NCBI GenBank assembly: GCA_044892525.1
Contig: CM097885.1
Span: 33,730,001 to 33,794,000, forward strand
Direction: 5' to 3'
DNA: 64,000 nucleotides
DNA from: Schmidtea polychroa
Taxonomy: Eukaryota
This document shows positions 29,780-43,137 of this stretch, piece by piece. The first letter of the stretch is position 1. Each line of letters opens with the position of its first letter. The notes under the pieces were generated by a model, which did not search any database, was not told the DNA's origin, and saw only the letters and a list, made by a program, of their open reading frames with translations. The translations under genes were made by a program, and so were the position numbers.

Positions 29780-31730
29780 CATAAACAGTTAAAAAGTATG
29801 TATTTTCTTTACTAGAGGTCTTGATGATTTGGATATATAATTTAAGAGATCAGTGCAATAAATTATGATACTTACTTGCCAATTTAATGTGAATTTGATG
29901 GTTTTAGGTAAAGATATTTAATTTACATATGATTCTCGGATTTATACAAAGGTATAAAGCTATCGAATCTCATGACTCGGTTTTGTTTAAAAACAATTTA
30001 TTGTAGTTTTAAAATATCTTTAAAAATATATCTTCAAAAGTAAAAGAATTTATCATTCTTAAATGTCAGATAGTGACAAAATTAATGTGTATAAGTAACA
30101 TATGTTAAGGATTTCTTTTACTAAGATTATTCAATATATAAACCAGTTTGAATGACCCTATTAAACGCTTATGGTGAATATATTCAATTAGTAAATTTCT
30201 TACAAATGTACCTTATGAATATAGAGTATTAGTTTATTCTGTATATCTCATTTGATGTATATATAATAGTGGCACTGACAGAAGCATTTTTTTGCAAAAG
30301 GAGACATTTGTCATCAACTTTTAAATTTGATTTAATCAAATTATTTTTACTTGTTATATGACATATATTTGGTGTTTTAACCCGGGATTTCAAAAACAAC
30401 GATACATCTTTCCCGATGGGAATTCTGAATATCCATTCAATTTTGATAATGACATTGATGAATTATTCATTGAATTACCTAGTTTAGTTCTTTATAGATA
30501 TTGCGCTTTCAAAATCAAAATCAACGAATCTATACAGAAGCGCGCATCCTAGCCATACATTTCTAAGGCATAAATATATACATAAAATTATATAATTTTA
30601 TGACTAATATAAAATAACATGATGTCTATATTTTATTAAGTAGATGTTGACTAAATGTTGATATAGGTAACTGGATACTTTGAATAATATCTTTTGATTG
30701 AAAGAAGACATAATAAAAAGATATGATAAAATAATTTACTATTTTATAACTATTTATTATATTGGAAGAATCAATTTTTGTTCTCTTTCTAAAACATTTG
30801 ATATCCACTAAGTTCAAACAACATTCCAAAAAGACATTGACTTTTATGCTTTTATCAAGGTTGTTGATTTCTGTCCACCATCCAAACCTTTTATAAAAAC
30901 ACTTCTTACTGTCATAAATAATAACATTAATTTTCTGTCTTTTTAACTTTCCTTCAAATAACTTATTACAATTTTAATTATAAATAGAAACCTAATTTTA
31001 AAGAACTTACCCGCATATTTTTTATTGGAACTTAAGTTTGAGATTGGACATGTTATTTTTGCTTATAATATTATTATTATTTTTGTTAAATTCACTTAGT
31101 CTGCTAAAATCATTTTGCGTTAGTAAACCAAAATTCTCAGTTATTTTTCTTTTTAATTTTACCGATTTTAAAGCAACCAGCCCGCATTATTTACATTTAT
31201 AATAAAGTATGGTTACGCGAAACACCTTTTATAAAACGCATAAAAAATTTTTAAAAATTTTCGTGTCAAAAATTGTTGCTAACCATAGAAATATTTCTAA
31301 ACAAAAAATCTTTTATTTTGAAACACTTATTTATTGTTAAATTACTTTTTGTTGTTAGATGATAAAAGATCAATAAAACTTTTAAGAATTAATCAAAAAT
31401 TTTCAATTGTTAGCAAATACAAAAGATAACATTAAAATTATTTAGTCGTTAAATAAAAAGTAAATAAAAAGTATGGAAATAATACAGATAGTACAAACAT
31501 ATTTAAAAAATGTTGAACCTTCAACATGAAATTAAACGCATAATGATTGAAATGATTGTTCAAAATGACTTCAAGTTGGGGGGCTTAAAAATGACAAAGC
31601 AAAAAAATAATATTCTAACTACATAGATGATTTTTATTTATTATTAAATATTTATAAAATAAAAATAGACATTTAATTTAGTAAAATTTAAAAATATAAA
31701 TAAATATTTTAATTAGAATGTTTTCTCCAG

Positions 31731-31883
31731 GACTCACTAATTTTGGAGTTGCAAAGATTGCACACCTACGAAGCTCTTTCGAGCCCAGCTTATCTCGCAC
31801 TCACAACATCAGATTCAGTGTCCTCAGCGTTTCTTCTTAGAAATGAGTTATACCAATTAGCTCAACAAGAAAAGCAATTCAAA
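31731..31883 (+). CDS. TRPC: TRPC-family channel, internal exon A (post-ankyrin linker helices)
   Basis: ttctccag|...|gtaatt, phase 0/0; DSLILELQRLHTYEALSSPAYLALTTSDSVSSAFLLRNELYQLAQQEKQFK matches the TRPC DSLxxSxxRLxxYxALASP region. Confidence 0.93.
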
Positions 31884-32050
31884 GTAATTTGATTAAAATT
31901 AATTTAATAATAAATAATTTTCAAGAGACTTGTTTTTGCTTTTTATAGATATTCTAATATTAGAAATTAGTAAACTTGAAAATATAATAGAAAGTTATTA
32001 TTTAAATATTATTAAAAATAAATTTACAAATATATTCCTGATTTAATAAA

Positions 32051-32090
<40 letters not shown>

Positions 32091-32118
32091 TTAATAATAT
32101 TAATAATGATAATAATAA

Positions 32119-32258
<140 letters not shown>

Positions 32259-32399
32259 GCGGCTTAAATTGCTTTGTTGCTGAAGTGAAAATTTAATTTG
32301 AAATAATATTTTCATAAGAAATAATTTGTTTTACTTTCTAAGTAAGTTAGTTCTAGAGAGAAATATGAAATGAGCTTTGTGCACGAATAGCCTGCAATG

Positions 32400-32690
32400 A
32401 ATTGGATTTAATGGTTGGAAAAACCTACAATGAAATTATTATGAAAAATAAAACAATGGCATTGAATAATTTCCATTCACCACCCGTATCTATTAATGAC
32501 TATAACTATCGAATAAGCCCAATGTTATTGGAATAATTACGTTTAATTTCCGATTTGAAATCTGGCGATTTGAAGCGTCGTTGTCAAATTGAATTGAATC
32601 AGAATTGTTTCTCACTATTTCCGTACTGTAAACAATTGAGCTAATCATATAATAATAATTCATTAAAAATGTCATTACGGTTTCAAATGT
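32400..32690 (-). mobile_element. Possible retropepsin (LTR retrotransposon protease) remnant
   Basis: NVIIPITLGLFDSY, frameshift, then SLIDTGGEW (DTG motif). Confidence 0.3.
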
Positions 32691-32957
32691 CTTTCTAAAT
32701 TATATTTTATTCATGATAATAATCTTTCATTCCACAAAAAAAAACTTGTACCAATTCCAAATTTCAAATAATTATCTTATCTGTTGCGGGATTTAATTGG
32801 TTGATCTTTTAATTGAAAGTATTTTTTTATTATAAAATTCCCTTTCTGACATTCGGGTAACAATTAACGTTTAAATTACAATTCAGATTTATATTTAAAT
32901 TATTTCATGATTAAAACTATCAAACTAAAATTATTTTAATTGATGTAAATAATAATA

Positions 32958-33080
<123 letters not shown>

Positions 33081-33329
33081 TTCACTAAAATTAAAATATC
33101 AGAATTTAATGTTTAATTGAAATTGGGGTATTTTCATGACGCTGAACTTTCTATCCTGACAGCAAAATGAATATAATAAGTACTTTGTTTCATATGCATG
33201 TGGAATAGTAAAATGAATAGTAAGTAAGATGGAATAGTAAGATGAAAAAAGAATATCGACCGACATATATTTACCTGGGAAAGAAACCACAATTCTCGAA
33301 ACAGATAAGATCAACCATAAACCATTCGT

Positions 33330-33680
33330 TTATGCTCAGAAAAACTATTTTGCTACCAAATTTGGTTTATTTTAGCAGTTCATGAAGGCTTTGTAAAAGG
33401 TTGGTGACTGCTTCAAATACATATGTAAAACATTTCCCGGACTGAGCAATGAAAATTGAAGGCATGGATATTCGAAGGTTTTCAAATTAGTAAGCTCATC
33501 AATGATCCCACTTTCATGAATGTTTACAAAGTGTCTACTTGGCTCAGTTACGTAGCAGTAATGGAAGAACGATTATGAAATTATCTAGCTGATAGTAATT
33601 GAAAAGCATGCTTTCAAAACCTTGGTTGTAATAAATGCATAAGAATACACTTTCTTCGGATTCAGTGAATGAAACTTACC
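33330..33680 (+). mobile_element. Chapaev3 transposase fragment
   Basis: QFMKAL...GDCFKYICKTFPGLSNE...KAWIFEGFQISKLIND, frameshifted. Confidence 0.65.
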
Positions 33681-34843
33681 CAAAAATAACTTTTAGATCA
33701 GTAGCAATAAAAATTGTTTTAATCAATGTAAAAATAAAAATTTCGTAACAGAAAATTTCAGATAAATTAAATTTGTAAATGAAATTGTATTTTTTACCTT
33801 CGAGTTTTTTTACAAATAGAAAAAAAATTTATAGTTAAATCTGATGAATATGCAATTGAGAAAATTTATGAATCAACTTAAATGACAGTTATAAGCTTTC
33901 GAATATATTCTGTAAAGAAAGATTGAGATTTAATTCAACAAACATTCAACTTCATTAGAGAGGAGAATTGTCAAAAATAATAACTCAAACATGCAATCAT
34001 ATATCACTTAATATTTTGAGTTATATAAAGACAGATGATTAATTATTGTAATAAAACTTGTTCAATAATTAAATAAATTGACAGAGGTATAAAGCTTGGT
34101 TTTACTATGTTGTATCCAAATATTTATAAGTGAATAAACAATATAACATACAAAATAGGATTTTACAGTAATTTTATTTCCCAGTAAAGTACATAAAAAC
34201 TAGAAATAGAGGAAATATTTTCTCGTAACTTGGTCTATGTTTTTAGCAAACATGTAATTTGTAAAATAATTTGATTGATGTTAGACGCCATTAAATTCAA
34301 GTCTTCTTCCAACATTTATTTGTTAATTACAATTTTAAATTCTCTCGTTTTCTCTGAAAATTTAAACAATTGAGGCGTTCTAATTATTTATATTGATACG
34401 ACAATTGGTCATAAATTTAATTACTTTGATTTAAAATACACTAATATAATTTAATATAATATGATATAATTAGATTTTAATATACAAATTTAACATAAAT
34501 AGTTATTTCAACTTACTGATCACACTTATAACATTTAAACTATATAGTTTCTAAATGAGTTTTGGACTCCTTACTGTTTATATTTGGGATTTTGACTTCC
34601 TAAATTTTCTAAAGAGCCATTTTTAATATTTTCCCAAAATGCTCCATTATTATATAACTGATAATTTATTTTGCTTGTTTTCGTACTTTTTACTCAAATC
34701 AACTATATTATGTCAATATTTTACTGGAGAATTAACAGAGTCATTAAAACAAAAATATTACTATTCTTAAAAATCAAGATATTTTGAATAAATACTAGTA
34801 AAATATAACTGCAAAATGAAAAATAAATTTTTATTTATACTTA

Positions 34844-34932
<89 letters not shown>

Positions 34933-35014
34933 TAAAGTGATGATTAATTGGTAGCGGCATATTTTATTTAAAACAAACATAGAAAAAGGCTTAAATTATC
35001 ACTTTACTATTTTA

Positions 35015-35071
<57 letters not shown>

Positions 35072-37094
35072 TATAATTTCAAGCATAATTTCAAAGAACT
35101 GTAAACAGTAATCTCTATAAATTTTATAATTTGTTAATTTCCTTGCTCAATAAGTTCATTATAAATTATAAATTGTTTCAATATAAACAATTCATTAATT
35201 TAAGATAATAAAACAATATCTAACTTTGAAATTTATCGCTATTTCTTATGTGAAATTATTAAATTAAAAATATATATTTCTAATTAATACATATCATGAA
35301 TAAAATCAACAATTTCATATGCAACAATCTAATAAAACATATTTCTGTTAGATGATTTGGGCCCAATCCTTTACACTTATGATTGGCATTAAAATTTTAT
35401 TGAATTATTGTCTCCCAACTAAACAATTTTATCATATTCAATAAAAAAAACATTAAATATCAATAAAATTATTCTATTTAAACGAATAAATACAATATTT
35501 ACAAAATTTTTAACGACCTTTTACATTTACTTTCTTATCAAATTCTGTCCATATATTGTTGCACTAAATTTTCGACCACATCAAAGTGTTACCTAAAATG
35601 ATTTCCTAAAAACGAACAAGTAAATAGATGCGTTGACTCGGCCACATTGGATCCTAAACCTTTTAAGCTTTATATTGATTTTCATATTTCAAATCACAAA
35701 TTAACAACTTTATTTAAACAAAATATTAAAAGTACAAATTGAAATATTAATTTTGAAACCGTTAATATTAATTAAATTCATCAGCTTACTTATAATATGA
35801 CAAAAGCTAGAAAATTTCAACAAGAATCGTCACGTTAATTCGATAATTATTTATAATAAAATTTCGGGACGAAAATTCCCAAACGAACCCCATAAAACTG
35901 TCATTAATTCAAATATTGACAAACCAATTTACGAACGAAATTAAGCAGTTGAAATATTAAAAAAAAATCAGAAGCCGATATATCTGACAGTTATTAATGC
36001 AAATTGATAAACAATTCCAGTTCTGACTCTTAATTATCACAATGTTACGAAGAGATACAATTTTAATAAATTTATAAATTATAAATTGACAACATGAACT
36101 GACATGAATTCAATATTAATAAAATTTAAATTAAAATTATTTAAAAATTTTTTAAAAATTTGAAAATTTATTTCATTTTTATAAAATATTGTTTATAAAT
36201 TAATTGATAAATCATATTAAATTGCGCATTAAAACATTTTTTATTTATTTTATTATTTTAATTTTATTATTGTTATCTATTATTATTGTTTTAATTATTC
36301 ATATAATATTACTACACCTGTGACTCTCAACGGACACTAAGTGACCTAGAAAGAGTTATAGGTGACAATTTTAAAAAAGTACTAAGGTTTATAGAAGTCA
36401 ATGAAAATAAACAAAATATTAACAGAATATGAAAATAAATCAAAGGTAAATAAATAATAAAGTATTTTGCTTAATACAGATTATCATTTAATTTAATTAA
36501 ATTTTACAAACAAATTCTTAACTCGAAAGTCATTTCGAATATTGAAGACGGCATTTTATCCTAAGAAAAATGGAAAGAAATAATTCAAGTAACAATACGT
36601 AAGTGTTTAAATGACACTGATAAACACAAATATCTACTTCCTTTTTTCTTTTTTAATAATATATTATGTGATTATAAGAAAAGGTTAATTAAAAATACGA
36701 AATGAAAAATTAATAAAGTATAATTCTCGCTATTATTTTCATAGTTTCACATACATTAATAAAGTAAAGTACTATTACCAATAATTATGAATTACTAATA
36801 AGAATTTTCAAGATAACAGTTTCATTATATTCATATAAATTCCATCCTAGCATTGTTTATAAATGATCAAATAATAAAACAAACTAACAAAATTTAAAAT
36901 AAAACCAAAACAGCTGGAGACTAAAAGAAACAATACAATTGTTTTATATGACTTATTTTAATAACAAAAATAATACAAATAATTAACTTACACAATAAAG
37001 AGTTTATAATAAACTTTTACTGCAAAGAAGTAAACATTAATAATTCAAACATCGCTTTATTTTTAGCATTATATTATAATGGAGTTAATGTTAA

Positions 37095-37374
<280 letters not shown>

Positions 37375-37375
37375 T

Positions 37376-37752
37376 ATAAAGTAATGGTGTAAAATTCTTT
37401 TTTGTCGGATGTCTCACTTGAATAGAATAAACAGTACACGCTTTATGATACCTAGTGCAAATCTCAATAGTAGACTAGTTTCGAGCTTTTAGCTCTCATC
37501 AGTACTATATAGGAGACGAGAAGATTTGTCTTCGAGCCAGGTAAGTATACAATATTACTGATTCAACTCTATTGCATACTTTCCCAGGTACACTGAAAAT
37601 CGCATCACTTGAAAATTAGCTTGGTCACAGAAAAAATCTGTAAACTTGTAAACATGGCGTATGAAAAATCATGATCACCTCTGCGGGCTAAAAAATTAGT
37701 CGATACACAGAAACTATTTACAAGTGCATCCGGATTACCTTTAGCATTTTAT
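37376..37752 (-). mobile_element. Retrozyme-like family 1, copy 2 (near full unit)
   Basis: About 380-nt unit between (TTA)n and (TAA)n; contains an intact hammerhead. Confidence 0.8.
37467..37508 (-). ncRNA. Minimal type I hammerhead ribozyme
   Basis: AUAGUA CUGAUGA GAGC-UAAAA-GCUC GAAA CUAG UC/ UACUAU: perfect 6-bp stem I, 4-bp stem II, GUC cleavage triplet, palindromic ACUAGU stem III. Confidence 0.88.
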
Positions 37753-37812
<60 letters not shown>

Positions 37813-37847
37813 TATTATTATTATTATTATATATTTAAATTTTATAG

Positions 37848-38024
37848 GAAGAATATACGACTCTTGCTCGTCAGTGCATGCAATTTGCAAAAGCTTGCGT
37901 TGACCTGTGCCGTACGAGTGATGAGGTAGATTCACTTTTGAGTGGAACTATCGTAAAAAACAATAAAGTCGTTCGCTATCCTTTAGCAACAGTAAAATTA
38001 GCTATGCAATGTTCAGAAAAAAAG
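37848..38024 (+). CDS. TRPC: TRPC-family channel, exon B
   Basis: tttatag|...|gtataa, phase 0/0; EEYTTLARQCMQFAKACVDLCRTSDEVDSLL...PLATVKLAMQCSEKK resembles TRPC EYxxLxxQCKQFAxxLLDxxR...LxRLKLAIK. Confidence 0.93.
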
Positions 38025-38084
38025 GTATAATGCGATATAATTTTCACTAATTTTATTGAATATATTTATTATAATTTTTTTCAG

Positions 38085-38249
38085 TTTGTTGCTCACTCGA
38101 ATTGTCAACACCAGGTTGAAAATAAATTCTATGGAAAATTACTTTTCATTAGAGATTTCAATTTAACAGAAAAAATCAAATTTTTCAGTTTATTAATACC
38201 AAGTTTGCCTATCTTGTACATGATTTATATTTTCTTTCCAAATACAAAG
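38085..38249 (+). CDS. TRPC: TRPC-family channel, exon C (pre-S1)
   Basis: Follows a 60-nt GT-AG intron; FVAHSNCQHQVENKFYG...YIFFPNTK|gtaagc (TRPC FVAHPNCQQ motif); phase 0/0. Confidence 0.93.
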
Positions 38250-39672
38250 GTAAGCTTTTATAAAAAATTATTCCTTGATATTAGAAAATTTTTTAATTTT
38301 ATTTTGTTTGATAGAATCAGATAAAAAATACATAATCAATGTTTAGTGTAAAATCAAAACATATTTTGTGAAAGCAGTTTGGATATTTATATGTAAAATG
38401 ATATAAAATGATATAAAATATTATAAAATGATATAACTATAAGATATTAGACTAATAAATTATTTTTTAGAAAATAATTTATAATAAGATATCTATTTAT
38501 TCCTATCAGCAGGTTAATAATATTCATTAGTAAAGTTATTGATCAAATTAAAAATAAACCCAAATATACCTTCGAACCTTTTTTAAAATATAGTTTTACA
38601 GTAATATGTAAATTTAGAAATTGAAATTTGTGACATGAAAGTACAGGCGTCAAAATTTAATAACATATTACAAAACTTTGGCATAAACATAAAGATTGAT
38701 TGCATGAGTTGATAAATATTTATAAATTATTTTCTTGCATTTAATGCCTTATAGAAAATGTTATACGTGGTTCATTTAATTACTGCCAAGCTTTCTGTTT
38801 TTATTACTAAAACAGTTGTTCAGGAGTTTTCATTGAAAAACATTTGAAAAAATATTAAAAAAATAATATTGTAAGCCAATCTACTCAATATTTTCTTATC
38901 AACAATTTACCTGTCTGCCTGAACATACTTTGGTCACGCAATTAAATAAAACTTTATATAAACAAATAAATATTAATTATTTTAAAAATCGTTATTTTAT
39001 TATTCAAATAAAAATTACAACGTTAAAAATAAAAACGAATTAACTCGTATTTATAATTTTTGTTTTATTTTTTGATTATTTTAAATTTTGATTTTAAAAT
39101 TTCATATTTTTTATTTTTTTTAAAATTTAAACTATGACTTAAATGTTGATTGGAACAAAAATATTCAAGAAATAAAGCAATGTGGAATAAATTGAATCAC
39201 GAATACCAACAGTAAATCCTGAAATAAAGGTTTTAAAATTGAAAGTTCTATTATTTATTAACATTTCTAAAAGTAATAACAGAAATAATTTTTAAACACT
39301 TTCGTTGCGTTTACAAAATCTTGCAAACTATTGATGCATCATAGATGACACATGTCGCTAATAACGTACTAATTAAACTGAATAATAATTATATATTATG
39401 GAATACGGCTAAATTATTAAATACAATGTAATTATTATACAATATCAGTAATTTAAGTCACCTAAAAGATTGGGAATTTAAGAGACAATTTTTTGGGTAA
39501 GACTTTCAGAAGATGACTACTAACATATTAACTTAATTTTTCTTTTCCATATTTTAATTAACGTTAATTAACGATGAGAAAAATCTAAATTAAGTAGATA
39601 CGGAGTTTATTACCTTTTTTTACAGGGATGTCTACAGAGATGCATACCCTTTGAAGTACTGAATCAAAGCTT

Positions 39673-39742
<70 letters not shown>

Positions 39743-40035
39743 GAAAATGTATATGATGACATTTGAAAATCAAAAGAAGTTCTTATAATATTATAATGTA
39801 TATATGTAAAACTTTCAAGTCTATTTCTATTTTTTTTAATAAAAAATGTCTATAGAAGAAAACCATGTTTAAGCAGATTATATAAGCTGATTGTAAAAAG
39901 TGAAATAGTCAAATTATTTTCAAAAATGAATTAATAATTTAAATATAAACAAATATAATTTTTTTTATTAAATTTTATTTTCTCTTATTATTTTATAATT
40001 GTTTCACTTAATTGCTTTAAAATTTGTAATTTTAA

Positions 40036-40107
40036 CACGTTGAACGCCGCAATGCTAAGAAACAAATGTATTGTGCATCGTGTAAGATTCGCACGGCGTT
40101 CAACCTG
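40036..40107. mobile_element. 72-bp miniature piggyBac-like element
   Basis: TTAA|CACGTTGAACGCCG ... CGGCGTTCAACCTG|TTAA; 14-bp TIR with one mismatch, TTAA TSD. Confidence 0.75.
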
Positions 40108-40862
40108 TTAAATATGAATAAAAGTAAAATACTGCTGAGTGTCTCAAATCAACAAAAAACTGAGCCAGAATGATTTATTTTGTAAGATCTTATTTAGTCA
40201 TATTAAATTTATCCAACTATAAATATTTCGTAGCTATTATAAGATTTGATTTTTTCAATTTTTTAGATTTGGTTTTAAAAAATTTTAATAATACAATTTT
40301 AATTCAAGTTTTTTTGTAAACATTTTTATTTCTGCAATTATTTGAAATATTGAACTCGTGTTGACCTTCAACTTAGAATTTTTAAAACATTTTTTATTTT
40401 AATTTCATATCTTCAATCATGAAGGTCTTTAATTTTGTTTTTCACTAAAGAGAAAAAATACATTGTTTAGAGGTTCATGTAGAATTTTAAACTTACTATA
40501 GGCTCTGTTGGAAATTGTGTTTCATAAAAACAGTGATCAATAATTGAAATGTCAAGTTCCTGCTTTTACTCAACAAAGATCTCTATATTTAAATCTTCGT
40601 AGCAAATATATCGGAAGCATTTTTAGGGGCGATCTGACTGAAAACTTAGTCAGTATTTATACCAATATTGTGTTCTCATAACTCGCTATTTAAATCATTA
40701 TGACAACAAAGTTATTCCTCAAATATTAATATTATTGTTGTTTTTAGGTACTTGTATACTTTTAAATAATCTTTCAAAATAAATTAAGATTTACAAGAAA
40801 AGATAATAATGATTTCACAAATTTGCCGACATGCTAATACAGTAAACAAAAACAGTAACTGG

Positions 40863-41163
40863 CGCCTCCTAAATCTATAGTTAATTTTTTTATATAATTA
40901 TTTTAATTAAATTTTAAACAAATTTATTATTATTTCATTAATCTTATTATTATTAGAATTCCATCATCAAGAATAATAAAATATTAAGCCATAAAAATTC
41001 AAACATTTTATAATAACAATAAATAACTATTTAAGCATAAAACTGTTATACGGTGCTCGCCGTTCGCCTTGTAGCAGACCAAAGTTTTGTATCATAAAAA
41101 GAATTTTTTATATCGTATTACATTTGACTTAAAAAAATTACTGAGTTATCCATTTAGGAGGCG
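40863..41163. repeat. MITE-like inverted repeat
   Basis: CGCCTCCTAAAT ... ATTTAGGAGGCG perfect 12-bp inverted repeat. Confidence 0.5.
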
Positions 41164-43137
41164 AAAATAGAAAACATATTTTATAAATATTGAAAAAATT
41201 GGTTTGCCTCAAGTGGAATAGCGCTCACTGTATATTGCCATATATACCGAAATTATTATATTATGCTTTAAATACAAATTTTAAATAAATTAAAATTATC
41301 AAATGAAAATCATCATGGATTAGGATTATTACAAATTGTGAAAATAAATTATTATTTATAAACAAAATAAAGTAAATTTATATAACAATATTGTCATATA
41401 GATGTCAAAAGCCAAATATTAGAATCATATAAATGTAAAATATAATTTTTCTAATTAAAATATTATCTGAATTATTATTTTTTAAATTTAATTTGAAATT
41501 ATTTAACATATAGATAAATAAATTCGTAAATGGAAATAGATCTATGCGTAAAAATGATAAATGATTCAAGTGACAAGGATGTTTTATATTTTATTAATTT
41601 TAGATTCCAGTTCCAAAAGGTCATGCCATGAGCTTCTCAGAAATGATTTCCAATAAAATGCCGGTAATTAAAAATTATTTCAATTATTATATTTTTATTT
41701 CAAAATAAATCATACTATTAAAACAATTTAATTTAAAATGTAAATATCTTTGACATGATTTGTGAAAATAGTTAGAAATCTGTTAAAATAAATGATATAA
41801 ATAACTTTTTATAAATCTAATATTGCCAATAAAATAGGAAAATTTGAATTTAATTTCCCTTTAGTTATTTTTTCAGTCATATTATTTAATGCATAAAAAA
41901 TTGGAAATACATAAAACAGAAATTCTTGTAAATACCCAATAAAAACAAGTGAAACTTTAGGACATTTTTAAAATTTTATTGATAGATGAAAATAAAATTT
42001 ATTTATTGTAAATTTTATGGATTAACTATAAAATAAAATAATTAGAAATTCTTTTATATTTATTCGTTATGCCTTGTACGATAAATGTTATAATTTATGT
42101 GTTATCGGTCTTTGTTAAAATAATTATTTATTTATAGCAGATTTAGTTTTGTCTGCTTAGAAATGTTTTTTTAATATTTCTGATGAATATTTCACATTAT
42201 TTTCATTCTTTGAAAACATAACATTGAGTTATTATAAACAAAATATTTTATAATAACGTCAATAATAATTTTTTCAATTTTATTCAAAGTACTTTGATAA
42301 TACTCTGTTTCTGGATTTATTTAAATATTATCATACTTTATATATAAAAAGCATAAAAATTAATATGTAAATGACAGTTGAATGTTGAAATTAAAGCATT
42401 TAAACTTCTTGAAAAGATTTCAAGTAAGCATCATATATTTTAAAAAATTGTGATATATAAAAATTGTGAAAGTAGATAATCATAGATTTTAGTTTCAAAT
42501 GTTTGAACCCTTCTGAAGAATAGTTTATCAAGAATTTTATGAAGAAAGAAGTTTTGATAAATCTTTATTGTTTTATTAAAATAGTATGTTTTCATTTGTT
42601 GTAATTTTAACAAAACCATTCCTTGATCATCACCATCTATAAATATAGTCATTTAAATATATATGATCCGCGAAAAGACTTCACAAAGAGAATCTTCCTC
42701 CCTTGGAACATTTTTACCTTACCAAAATCAGTTAATTTTATCATTTCTTATTTTATAATATTTTCCAGTACATTAAAAATTCTATTTAAAAAAAGTTTAT
42801 AATCAAAATCATTCATCCACATCCAAATTTATAGAAACTATTTATTTTCCATAAAACGCTTACCAGTCAAAAATATTAAAATAATTTTTTTGCATTAATT
42901 AAATGTTTTGATAGAATTCAATCTCGTTTTGTCTAGAATTGATATAAAAACTGACTGTAGGCCATTATTAACTGTTAAAATAATTTTTTAGATATTTATT
43001 CTTTATGAATTATTATTAATTAATATTTTAATTAATATGAAAATAATAATAATAATTGATGAAAATAATTATGATAATAATTATGATGAAAATATTTATA
43101 ACCATCTGAAAATTATACATTTTCAATATAAGTTATT

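Noticed and set aside
30850..30915. Cadherin-like IKGLDGGQKSTT on the minus strand
   Set aside because: It is in a different frame from the open, splice-phase-consistent exon and hits a stop, so it was not used as evidence.
35800..36050. Coding-looking stretch (KLENFNKNRHVNSII...), also 9180-9560, 42440-42720, 44350-44450, 46700-46950
   Set aside because: No recognisable motif or consistent splice structure; BLASTx would be needed.
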